A stretch of DNA of 63,430 nt, counting the filler, from Platydemus manokwari (lineage: Eukaryota), in assembly GCA_037951405.1 (NCBI GenBank). It is 6 parts of 6 records of this genome, joined end to end, with 100 filler letters (N's around TTAATTAATTAA, not from the genome) between each part and the next. Parts side by side here need not be neighbours in the genome. Positions count along the whole stretch, not along the records: positions 1 to 13,613 come from JBBMOY011669180.1; positions 13,714 to 22,820 come from JBBMOY011298650.1; 4 more parts are not named here. One strand, written 5' to 3'. Position 1 is the first letter of the stretch. Each line of letters starts with the position of its first letter. Below the pieces are notes generated by a model. It was given only the letters and a program-made list of their open reading frames with translations, had not been told where the DNA came from and ran no database searches. Positions 1-13,789 of the stretch are shown here, in pieces. A program made the translations under genes and the position numbers.

Positions 1-1777
1 CTAATTATATTTTTTTATTATATATTATTATGTTTGTTGAGATTTTTTGACATATTCAATTTATTTTATATTATTCTTGCTGATTATATATTATTTTGAT
101 TTGATTATATTCTCATCCTGTTATTATTAAATAATCGATATTTATTTATGAATTGTATTAATAATAATTTTTTCTCAATTTAAATTATTGATTTAATACA
201 AAAAACTGTACAAAAACATGTTTTTATCGACACAATCAATATATATTGACACTATTTTCATTGATCAAATTCTCAAATCAATTCTGATACACAATACCGT
301 ACAGATAAATAAAATCCTCTCCAACATGTGGAATTTCATTGAAAGAAATGAAATCTAAATATTTGATGAATTATCAAAATACAATAAGAAATGAGCGATG
401 AAATGAATAAATGATCCTAAAACTATGACAATGATATTTTAGGGGCTAATGATCATAATTGCATCAATAAACGAGATTTTGTATTCAGACATGCTAGCAT
501 TCTCTTAAACATGACAGTTTCTTTTCAATAAATAAGAATGGCGTTTTAATTGGTATTTTTATCAATTTAATAGCAATTTTTAATCACAAAATAACAGTTA
601 AGCAGATAGATTTTGTGAACATTTATTTATTTGTTCATGCCCGTTATTAAATCAATGGAATCTCTGTTGTTGTGAACATTCAGATGACTCCCTAATTGAT
701 GGCTCATATTTCGTTAATTAATCATAATTTAAAGATAATTCGAAATTAAATTCAAAACCGAGATTTTGTGTTTTAAAAACTCCTTAATTGATCTCTGAAT
801 CGTGTCTCAAAAAATGTTATTCGATGATACTGAGCCACATGAGATAGAGCATGACACACGTTTGCATGAATTCCGATAGCTAACCAGCTTTACTAATTTG
901 AGCACAGATCACATTCTACTCCTTTCATTGATTGTGTATCGTATGCCTATCAGTTCACCATCACTCATATATATATATTTGCAAAATTCATAAAAAACCT
1001 ATTATAATTAAGTCTGCCGTCATTCTTTCATCCTTATCGATCGCATTACAAATACGGCCTTTTAGAAACTTGTGATATTATCATTCGAATCATTCAATAA
1101 AAATCTAACACGTAATCTCAACCCATAAATGAATGTCTGACGTAAATTAATCAAATAGTCTTCATCGAGTTATTTAAAGCACGATGATATAGTTGAATTA
1201 TTTATTTCTTTGCCAGCCAAGACTATAAGTGGGTTGTCAATATCCTTTGTTACTTTTGCTGTTTCTGATGATGTCGTACCTATCAATTCTGTAATCTTGT
1301 GGAGCTCTCACCGTTACTTGGTTTTAGATAATATTTCTATCTTCATTAGTAATATTTTCCCATCAATTTTTTTCAATACAATGATTTGATTTAAAATTCA
1401 AAATCCATTATAAATATCGGTAATTTTTCCCAATATTGACTTATCGGTGTAAAGTATTATTTTTTATTTTGTTAATGTTAACAGCCAATCACATCGCAGC
1501 TATGTGTTATTCTGTGCCCTTGAATTATTCAGAGCCAACATACAGGAATAAAAGCATATTTTGTCGATTTAATGATTTGTTAGATGATTTTTCATTTTCA
1601 ACCAATCATATTTCGTCCAATGAACTTCGACAACGGAAAATTCGAGTTGAATTTTCAAAATCCATTTTTTATTATAAAAATCTTTATCTATTCTTCTCCA
1701 TGACGATTGGATGTTTCCAATTTATTATTAATTAATATTGTAATAATATTATTGAATAAAATCGATCATTGATATAG

Positions 1778-3332
<1,555 letters not shown>

Positions 3333-3369
3333 ATCGGGTTTCGAGCTCCAGCACGAGTTCGAAATCGAT
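3333..3369 (+). promoter_or_regulatory. 15-bp stem-loop starting 6 nt after the Sec UGA (SRE-like)
   Basis: atcgggtttcgagctc-cagcac-gagttcgaaatcgat pairs with two G-U pairs and one bulged G. Function is inferred. Confidence 0.5.
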
Positions 3370-3397
3370 GATATTTCACCATTCGAATCAATCATTG

Positions 3398-3478
3398 CAA
3401 ATATTATCTCAATAAATGATAGAAGATCTGGAAATGCTGGAAACAGTATCAGGGTTTCTTGATGCGAGATATTATTTG
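3398..3478 (+). promoter_or_regulatory. Eukaryotic SECIS element, type 2
   Basis: Helix I caaatattatctc/gagatattatttg. Core ATGAT (3416-3420) / TGAT (3460-3463). 11-position helix II agaagatctgg/tcagggtttct with one mismatch. Unpaired AAA at 3432-3434 and apical mini-stem tgctg-GAAA-cagta. Lies about 90 nt after the Sec UGA. Confidence 0.92.
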
Positions 3479-4091
3479 TCGTGAATTTCTCCTAGCAGCT
3501 GTAAAAATGCTTATTTGATAAGCCAAATAATATATAATTAATTTGACTTGGTTATTGATAATATCTGATTATATATAATATAATCTCGATAATAATATTG
3601 TTATCGATTACGCCATTAATCAATATGAGAGGGTTTATGTGGTGAGTGCCTTTTAAATAGAATCACGGATTCATAATAATGCAGTTGTACAGATGTGTGC
3701 GTGACTGTGTATGGCTGTGTGTGTGTGCTAGCAAGTAATGATAATTTGAGCGGTTATAAATGATCGCTGTTTAACATTTATCCAAACATTTTAAACTTAA
3801 ATTGTGCATGATTATTATTTCCGTGATCGAATATATTTTGAGATCTTTACGTTATATTTGTGAGGGAAATTAAAAGCAACAAATTTAATATTTTTAAAAT
3901 GGATTTTAATTTTTATAAATTTAAATTTTATTAAAATCTAATATGAGGTAGTTTTTAAATTATTTTATTTATATTAATATTTGTATTATTGATTAGGATC
4001 TGAGCTCTCCTGAAAATATTTTGACTTTTTTTAATAATAAATATTTTATAAATATATTTTTATTGAATATATTTCTAACGAGTATCAAAAT

Positions 4092-5600
4092 TTAAAAGAC
4101 GAAATCATTGTATTGAGTGTGATATTCATCAATCAATCCAGTAAGTCCGACATCACCATTTACTATCGATGAATAAAGATAACAATTTTCAGCTTGATTT
4201 GGTAAATGAAGTAATTGCTTCATGTAACCTTGTATTTTATTACTTTTCTCTTTCAGTGAAGAAATTTTGAGTTCTCTGCTTCTAAACACATTTACAAGTC
4301 TAGAGTGCAAGAAAATTCTATAAGATTTAAGCTTTTTCCAACCCCATAAATCAGAATTGACTATTTTACCAATATCAATTACAAGTTTGTTCAAAATCTC
4401 GTAAGGAGATTGATCATTTTATCACCAACAGGAACACCAAGATACATATAAAATTCTTTAGTCAACAATCTTTTAATATTTACATTATTAATAGATATTA
4501 CAACATCAGTGTTTTCTTGTGGTAAACTTATGAAGGCACATTTATCTGGGTGGTATGGTAAACCAGCCCATTCAGTTATCTCAACGGCTTTATCGATTAG
4601 TTTTTGGAGATCAGGAGTATTATTGGCAGTAAAAGCAATATCATCAGCGTAAGATAGAACCTTAACAGAGCTAATTTCTATTGAGAAATTAGGAATTGGT
4701 AAAGCATCAATACCTTCAAGTAATGGATTAATTGCCAAAGCAAACAGAGTCATCGATATAGGACAGCCCTGTTTGACTTCTCTTTGAATAGGCAAGTCCG
4801 GCGTAGTAATAAGTCCACAAACATAAAATTAGCTTATATCAGTATAGAAAAATTCAATAATATCAATAATACACCTATAAAACGCAGCAGACCCCATAGA
4901 TATTTATGTGGGACACTTGGAAAGGCGTTTGCAATGTCAAGCCAAGCAACAGAAGTGAACAAATGCCGAGTATATTTTGAATGTTCAGAAGCAGCATTTA
5001 GAATGACGTTGTGTTCAATACAACCCTCGTATTTAGAACCACATTTTTGACCCCTGTTGAGCAAGTTATTATCTCTAATCCAATGCTCTAATCTTCCAGT
5101 CAAGATTGACGAAAAAATCTTGTATGAAGTTGATAAGAAAGCGATCGGTCGCCAGTTATTTATATTTTTATACTGACCATCTTTACCTGGTTTTGGAATG
5201 AGGATTGTCTTAAATTTTCGTCAATCGTCCGGAAGTTTATGACTCGAAATGACTTTATAAAAAGGTGAGTTGGAAAAATACCTTCAGAGTCTAAATGTGA
5301 AAATCCACGGTATGTAATTTTGTGACCGCCTGGTGAGATATTATCTGCGGATTTAAAAATAGAGAGAACTTCACTCGGATGAATGGGTTCTAACCCTAAT
5401 TTATCAATGGCAGTTTACAATACTTTTTTAACCCCATGCGGTTGAGCTGGGTTTTTCATGAGAGAAAAAACTAATTACATCATTAATAGATGGTCTAGAA
5501 TTGATTTCGAAATCATCATTAACAATTTCATTAATAGTCTTTCTCATATTTCTTAAAAATTCATTTTCATGTTGCAATCGTTGGTTTTTTATTGAATCCT
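4092..5600 (-). mobile_element. Degenerate R2/NeSL-superfamily non-LTR retrotransposon, RT region
   Basis: Frameshifted RT motifs: TILIPKP, NWRPIAFLSTSYKIF, GQKCG..EGCIEHN, WLDIANAFPSVPH, VKQGCPIS, LSYADDI, KCAF, YMYLGVPVG. Confidence 0.88.
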
Positions 5601-7821
5601 TTCCTTACTCCTAAATATGGTTTATTACGGTTATCATTTTAGTTTTGTATTTTATCCGTAAAGCAGTCAAATTTCATTCAATATGTAATTTGGATCAGAG
5701 TTCTCGACTTTTTTCAATATTTCGGGATATTTTTAGATTCTGCTTTTTAAACTTAGATTAATATTATTATTAATGTTATTATCATTATTATTGTTATTAT
5801 TATTATAATTGTTACTAAATTCTGAATAACCAAATAATTGCTGATAACTAAATCGAAGGTTGCAAGTTTTATTTTTAATTCACGTAGTAATCAGTACAAC
5901 TCAATATATTATAACAAAAATACAGCAAAAAATTGGCTTCCAACTAGCAGTTGGCCATTTTTATTTCGGTATTTATACTCGAGATATGTGTGTAATTTTT
6001 ATGTCACGTTTGAATCACATTTTGATTTGATCTTTACTTTTTTGTGTTGATTTGATTTGTATGTGCGGGATACTGCCTTTATATGTAACAACTATATTAC
6101 AAAAGAAATCTAATAACAAGAGTTGACCGACAATGATGCCAAATTTCCATGTTGTTGTTCAATATTTCCATCAATTAATTGCTAATCCAAATGAACGAGT
6201 AGTGATGATTGTCTAATAAATTGTCAAAATTTAATGTCACCCGCCCATGCTTACTTTGCCATTTAGATTCGTTGTCTTGGCTATGTTTGATAGATAATTA
6301 ATATCGTATTTGAAAATTGATACATAGTTTGATTGTTTGTCAGGCCTGCTACAGTTATTTGTTGTATTTAATACAATCTGTTTTATTCGACAAAGTCTAA
6401 TACCCTATTAATTGATCTAGAGCAAAATTCTACGAAGAGAAGGAATAAAATAGTTTTTATATATTGCTTAATTCTATTTTATTGATAGTTTCATGAATTT
6501 GATTATTATGATAAATTCAAAGAATATTGTAAATGTTATTAATAAACTCCTTGGCTTGGACTCAACCTAATCAATTTCTAAACTTAAATTGAGTGACAAC
6601 ATTCAGTTGCTGGAACATTAAGCCAAATCACCTTTAAGTCTCTAGTGGAACAAGGAGTCAACCAATCAATTTTATTTTATTAGAATCAAATACAATAGAA
6701 TTTTAAATAAAATAATTAAGGCCTTGCTGTTTATTGTATTTTAATGCCTGTTAATCATTTAGTTGATTCGTACTGTTTTAACCATATTTTATAGAAATTG
6801 CTCTTGAAAATTACACTTTAATATAAGTAATATCTATTTGCTAATTTTATTTATATTAAAGTATTATATTTACTAAAAAATAACCGCACTTATTGGAGTC
6901 AGATTATGAATAAATATGGCTTGGAATCCTGCATTGTTATAACTATAATTTTTTGAGCTCCTTTAAATTGTATCGTAAAAATATGGAAACCAGCAAAACA
7001 TAAATGAACAGATTATTAAGTTTTATTTATGTCAAGTAAATATTTTCAAAATTATGTAGTAATAACGACTTCATTTCATACAATAATTCAAATATAAAAT
7101 TTTTAAATAATTTTCAAAAAAGATTAACGTTTATATGTTATATAAATAATTTTAAAGACTACATATCTAATATTTTGATTTTTGAAAAATGCTAACCATA
7201 TAAAGAAGCATTTTTATGATCTATTGTGTTATATTATCAATAGCAAATAATAAATTATTATTATTATTAAAACAAGAGTCTGAAAGAGTTGTTAATCAAA
7301 GAAATGGTCTGCTGTGGTAGCTGGAGTCTTTTGTAACCAATTGATCCAGTAAAAGTAAGTTTTTACACTGGTGGTTCAGAAATAGTGTCGTGGTTAATTG
7401 CCATGTATAAACAAAAACTTAGTAATTAAATATTTATGCAAAAAGGTGAAGGCTAAATATATCTAAAGTATCTTTAATTATACATTGGATTTCATTCTTT
7501 AAAAATATGAAGAATTCTTAATTCGAAATAATGATTATCTTCAGAAAGAATTAGCAATATCTGAAAGGTGTCGAAACTAGCAAAATACATGTTATTAAAA
7601 ATTAAAACTTAAAATTATTAAATAAAATATGCTTTTAATTTCATTTAAATATTATATAATTTTAACTTTTTTACTTAACACTAGATTTTTATTTAAAGTA
7701 CCTACCTATAATTTATCACAATTATTTATTAAAATTAACAAATAATTAATAATAATATTTAAATTAATTTGTATATAAATAATGTTATTTGTATTTGTTT
7801 CAATAATTTGGTTAAGGCGCT

Positions 7822-8608
7822 ATGTTTGGGCGGTCATTAAGAGCTGAAACAAGAAGTCGAGCTAAAGAAGATTTAAAAAGAGTATCTAAGACAACTGAAA
7901 GAGTTAGAAAATGGTAATTCTGTAAAATCCGTGGCTTTAATTAATTTCTGGTTATAAAAAGGACTAAAAAATGGGTGTCAATTAAAGATACAACTTTAAT
8001 GGTTTTCAAATGGACACCAGGTCCATATCAGGAAGGATTGTGTGGGAAAAAGAGCGTCTTTCGAAATACTAACGTAGTTAATTCCAATAAAACACCACGA
8101 TCATTCACTTCAGAACAGTTTTCCAATGAAAGCAAAGATTCTGTCGATGACAATATGCCGCCAAATATTGCAGAGGAAAGCAATTGTTCAGAAGTGACCG
8201 ATGTTACAAATATCACTGAAGGCAAACAGCTTGATTGCAATTCGGGTCGTGGATGCAATGGGCAATTGGATGAATCTATCACTCAAGATTCTGAATCTCT
8301 CATCAATGAAGACGATTCCACAAACATGTCCTATCCGAATCCCGGAACATGGAACACACTCTCTCCAAATCAACCCGTCGAAGGTGTGTCTAAATAAAAT
8401 GCCTTGTTTAAAAAATACATTTAAAACGATTACCACGAAGTTGAGCAGTTTTAAAGGCAAAAATCATTCGAGCGTGACTAAAATAATTTTTACTTTCATT
8501 CAATTAATAACGGCATTTTGATTTTTATAAATTTGTTTTTCAGATGACGATACAAAATCGATGAGCGACTTTGTGAGTGCTTTAAACAGAGAGGATTCAA
8601 ATTTGTGA
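7822..8608 (+). CDS. BCL7: BCL7-family protein (BAF/SWI-SNF subunit), 3 exons
   Basis: Exons 7822-7913, 7962-8383 and 8544-8608 give [50 protein letters not shown] (the BCL7 N-terminal signature) plus an acidic Ser/Asn-rich tail. The third exon is less certain; an unspliced stop lies at 8397. Confidence 0.9.
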
Positions 8609-10222
8609 AAAAAATATTTTTAACTATTTCGTATTTTACAAAAAAAATTGTATTTAATTTGCTAATAAATGTATTTATTAATGAAAATTATAAATAATGT
8701 ATTATGATGAATGAATTATCAATGAATTCGGTCTGATGGTCAACGTTATGATTGGCTGAATCGACATTACCAATTTCACGGTTGAGTGATTTTGTGGTTG
8801 AAATGGAATTTTTGATCTTCATCAGTGATGGTATGTTATATCTATGGAATGATAATGGTAGTTTTCTGGAGTTATTTTTGTTATTTGTGTTGAGTTTTTG
8901 TATTGCTTAAACGTGATTTCGAATTTCATCAGAAAATAACAATTTACAGGTGTTGATAACAATTGAACTCGATTAATATAGACTCATCTGCTCCCGGAAA
9001 ACGAATGATTTTAACTGTGTATGTTGTAGTGATTAAAATCAATTTAAAACCGATATAAAATTTGCACACCGTTTCCTATAAAAACTCGGAATATTTTCAG
9101 GAAGGTTTTTACAAAATCGATTTCTTCTTAATGTGAATACTTAGATATTGAAAAGTAACTCACTATTTTAAAGACCTTATTGGATATTTACTAGAAAATT
9201 AAATATCCCTGTCAGTATTTACTTTTCAAATCTTTCAGGAGTTGCAATAATTGATTCTTCATGAATGAAATACCTTTTTTGTATTGTATAGTGAACTTGT
9301 TTCCTCACTTAACAAAAGAGAAGTCACCTGTCGATGCTTTTGATTTCTACAAACCACGAAAGGTCGCAAAATTCCTAGAAAAGTCTTCTTTCAAGTATAA
9401 TTAAAGCAAAGTGTCAAATTTTCAAAATTCTTAATTACTGTTTAGCAGTATCTCGAAAGAAAAAGAACTAAAAATTTAATCTGAAGTCATTCCTTAAGAG
9501 TAGCTGATGGGAAATGCTGGTGCTGATATTTTGTTAAAAATTACGATAAACGAATAGTTTTATTAAAAATATTTCAGAATTTCACTTGTCAAATAAGAAA
9601 TTGTTGGTATTTCATTTATTTGTAACGAGTTATACTAATAATCATTCAATGAAAGTGATACTATAATGTTTTGAACTCTTGGGCACAGGACCCCACCCCA
9701 ATTAAGAAGAATATTGCCAAAGAATGAAAACAGAATTAAAAATGTATAAAAATAGAACAATAAAATAATTATATCTAAAAATCGAAACGAAAAATAAAAA
9801 ATTATGAAAATAGTAAAAAAAATTGAGGAAAAAATAGCCACGTAAAAAAGGAAATATAAATAAGAAAGGCTCACCATATTCAACGACAGTTACAAATTGA
9901 CTTAGCAACAGAAGATTGATTTTTGGTAAAAGAAAACCCTTATTAATTGTCAAATCTAAATATATTTTGAAGTGTATTTCCAATCAACAATTTGTGTCGA
10001 AAAATAATTATCAATTAACATTCTGCTGGTAGAGTGAAGCATTATACATATCGATCTGCAATTTAGGAGAATACACAAAAAATTTCAAAAGAGTTGATAT
10101 GCTGCACTTACACAGTTAAATTAAATTTGATTCTTTTATTCACAAGAAAATTTTAGCATAACGATGCAATTTTACTTTAACCTTATTATGAAATTTTCTC
10201 TAATATTTATGATTAATTTAAA

Positions 10223-10427
10223 TGGCTTCGACCCAGTCCAACTATTCTTTTAAATAAGGCTCAGTTACTATAGTGAAATTATAAAAAACTAAATGATCAA
10301 CCATTAGTATGCTATTCATCAAACAAGGCTCATATGGCACAAGCAAAGGAAGCTTAATTTTAAAATTGACCTCAACAAAACAGTATATAATAGCTAATCA
10401 AAAGATGCCACCAGGTTATTGTCTCAT
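10223..10427 (+). repeat. Diverged dispersed repeat, copy 1 (other copy 46971-47188)
   Basis: Shares collinear blocks tggMttSgacccagtcYaa, caaccatYagKaYgcta and accWggttattgtYtcat with the second copy. Confidence 0.55.
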
Positions 10428-13400
10428 ATAAAACTAATGTATTACTAATTGATTATTGTATCTATGGTACTAATGGTTACATTTTATTTATTTGTTTTGC
10501 ATTGATTTCTTGATTAAAGTCAGATTAGTTATAAAATATTAATTGATACTTAATTTCCTATCTATTCTGATCTATCTTGTATCAAAGCTTTTATAACAGA
10601 CCTTAACAGAAAAATTAACTAAGTATCAATGTCACGATTTGTATTATATTTCAGAAAGTAGGTTGCGTGATTTAGTATCTAAGTTATAATTGTTATATGC
10701 CTGTCAAGATGTTTGATAAGATTGAAATATATCAATAATGTTGAGATTCTACTGTAACAATTTGAATAAATAGTATAGAAAGACATATCCAAATGTACAT
10801 TTTACTCACAAATATCACAATATAAATCCAATAAAATCCAAAAATCGATTGATCACAAAGCAATACATTTAAAAATTGCTATCTGGTTATATTTCAAATA
10901 TCTCAATTCAATCTGTATTCGTAAAAATCGTCAGTCTAAAAAAGAATAAAGATCAATAAAATGACTAAAACACAAAACATTTAATGATAAAATTTTCGAT
11001 TCGATATACAACAATTATTATTTTTCCCAACGACATATAACGTGCACGTTTTATGGTGAAAATACTGGCAATATTTTTAATAATGACTGCTGGAAATTTA
11101 TAATTTATTTAATTTTAAATTTTCTGTAAAAGTTGGAAAAGAAAGAAAATCTTAGCAATTATAAACGGTAAAGATTGGCGTCTCATTTTAGTAATGAATA
11201 GGCGCCACGGAAGTAATTGCTAAACGCCATATTATTCAGGAAGCACGTGAGCATCCAAATATTGTTCGAGAATTTTACCAATAGATTTTGAGATATAAAT
11301 TCAACTTGCTAACGATTCACTTCTAAATCAATTCAGATGATTCTTTTTAATTCAAGTTGTATCAATTCACTGACTGAGTTTTTCTCTGCCAAATAATCAA
11401 TGTTAATACTACTTAAACCTCGATAATTACGTGATTTTTCCTCATTTTTTATTAATCTTGTTAAAAAATTAAATGATTTTTATTATGTTTGGTAGTTTTT
11501 ACGATAAAGATAAATAATAACATCGAGTTATATATATTGAAAATTACTCTAATATCATTGTTATTATTAGCACACCAAAGAAAAATAATTTTGCAATTTG
11601 GTACATTTCTTTTGCACTTTAAGCATTTGCAAGCCTACATAATATCACAGACATAACAGCCAGTCAAGTGGAAGATTAGCATAACTACACAGTGACACAC
11701 CTAGGGATTGACCTGTCCAGATAATGGAAAATCGATAAATCCAATTGAAACCTGAGAAACAAAATATCAAATCAAAAGGTGATGCACAAACTGCACGAAA
11801 ATATCAAATGTAAATACTGATGTGAAGATGGTCAACTGCCGGTTGAAAATCGAGTAATATGATATTTTTATATTTGATTTATTGAATTTTAGGGTTGTTG
11901 ATGTGCTTATTGATTAGTATGATTTGATGAAAATACAGTCATGTAACTTTCAGTTCTTTTGGATGCAACATTATATATGATCTTTACTTACTGACATAAT
12001 ATTCATACATTTTGCGCACGATTTATAACTTTTTAGGAATAATTAATGCTGTCACATTATATTGACATATCCTCGTTACGTTATTGTTTTTATTTATTAG
12101 ATTTCATTTTATTCATTTATCTTTTTATTTATCAAATTTAATATAATTATTATTTTTGATTTATAGATCTAATATTTTTCTTTGAATTTATTTATCAATT
12201 TATTAATAATATTTATTGATTTTGAATGCATTCATTTATTTATTCAACAGATTAATTTTTATTGAAAATATAAACCTTAAATTTGGTACAAAAAATACTA
12301 AAATAAGAAAAAACTTGAAACAAATTAATATCAGTTTCTGGTGCCAAACACCATTGCAGGTTTATCAAAATGAGTTAAAACTTGCAAATTATATTTTCAA
12401 GAAAACCTGTGCTACTCAGCATTTATAAACGCAAACAAAAAATTCCATTTTTATCGACTTCAACTGGATCTTGCGTATGCCTTCGTGCGCTATATTCTTA
12501 TTTTATATTTTATTATTTCTCCAATACCAATTGGGTCTATCGATTTTATATGACTAAGATTGGTCAAAATCTATATATGAATTTATGAATAGTCATGTAC
12601 TTTACCGAAATGAAATCTTCAATTTATTTCATTTTGATAGGCTAGATAGTGAACCTGTAATCATGTATATGCTTAAAGTATCACAGCAGTGGTTTCATAT
12701 GCCAAAATCGTATTTCCGTGTGAAATTCTTGTATATTAAGTAGCATTAATTCATGATTACAAAATCGATTAATAGTCAATTACTGTTACTGCTAGTTAGA
12801 AATGACTAAATCACTTTAACTACTTTAAAAGTAAATAAATTAAACAGGCCCCGGATTTAAAAACAAAAATATTTTGAAATTAAATTGTAACAACGAATAC
12901 GGTAGATAACAACAACAGGTAATAAAATTACATTTTGAGATGACGATTGGTCAACAAAATGATAATATAAGAGTTACGACAGGCAGAAATTTTCTGACAA
13001 TAATCGACTGGTAGTTGTTCACGAGATTCAACTAATTTTATAGAATTGTCGTCTGTCTTTACCTGTTATTGTACAGCTTTATCTTTTTTATTCACTAAAT
13101 CCACCTAATTACTAGTTTATTAGTCGATTCTCTTTTAGCCCTCATGCCATTGCCTTATCTTGATGTTTTTTGCAGATTGTTGATATGCGCCATTAATGAT
13201 CGAATTCTATTTATGAATTTCGTATTTTAGAGGCATTCTTTTACCAAAACAGGCGTGTGCTAAACGTCTCTGACTGCATCGTCTCTTATGAGAATTATTT
13301 CGAGGTCCCTGTAGGGATCTTGCTTACTTCTGTTTAGCACTCAAAATGTACTACAAGTTATGAGTAATAGATGTTTTTATTGTTAAGGTTATTGAGTCAC

Positions 13401-13544
13401 AATATATGTATAACAATGTGCTGCAATTAATTGATTAATTTTAATACTATCTAAACGTCATGCTGGGAAGTGGAGCTAGATAAAATCAGATTGATCCGGT
13501 TCCATTTAACAAGTACCATGAAACCTGAATAAAGCACAATATAA

Positions 13545-13613
<69 letters not shown>
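13545..13613 (+). repeat. (AAT)n microsatellite at contig end
   Basis: Perfect AAT run of about 23 units abutting the N spacer. Confidence 0.97.
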
Positions 13614-13713
13614 NNNNNNNNNNNNNNNNNNNNNNNNNNNNNNNNNNNNNNNNNNNNTTAATTAATTAANNNNNNNNNNNNNNNNNNNNNNNNNNNNNNN
13701 NNNNNNNNNNNNN
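13614..13713. other. Artificial contig spacer
   Basis: 44 N + TTAATTAATTAA (stops in all six frames) + 44 N. Confidence 0.97.
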
Positions 13714-13789
13714 ATCATATTAGCTGCAATTCAAAAATGTTGCCGTTATGTACGTATTAGCTGCAGCTTATATTCGGGATTTTACAGTA
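13714..13789. mobile_element. Terminus of a Tc1/mariner (pogo/Tc2-like) DNA transposon or MITE
   Basis: Ends ...gcagcttatattcgggattttacag|TA, with an internal repeat tattagctgca (x2). This resembles CxGTA...CCCGAATATAAGC-type TIRs with a TA target site. Confidence 0.55.

Noticed and set aside
8028-8521. Overlapping antisense and alternate-frame ORFs at BCL7 (likewise those over TrxR, TTC12 and USP7)
   Set aside because: Shadows of real exons.
9635-9983. Hydrophobic F/I/L-rich ORFs here and at 1436-1735, 32061-32285, 44139-44336 and 46369-46650
   Set aside because: Expected by-products of T-rich low-complexity DNA, with no motifs or splice support.
13658-13669. Recurrent TTAATTAATTAA between N runs (five times) as a biological repeat
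   Set aside because: Identical 100-nt construct with six-frame stops: an assembly linker.
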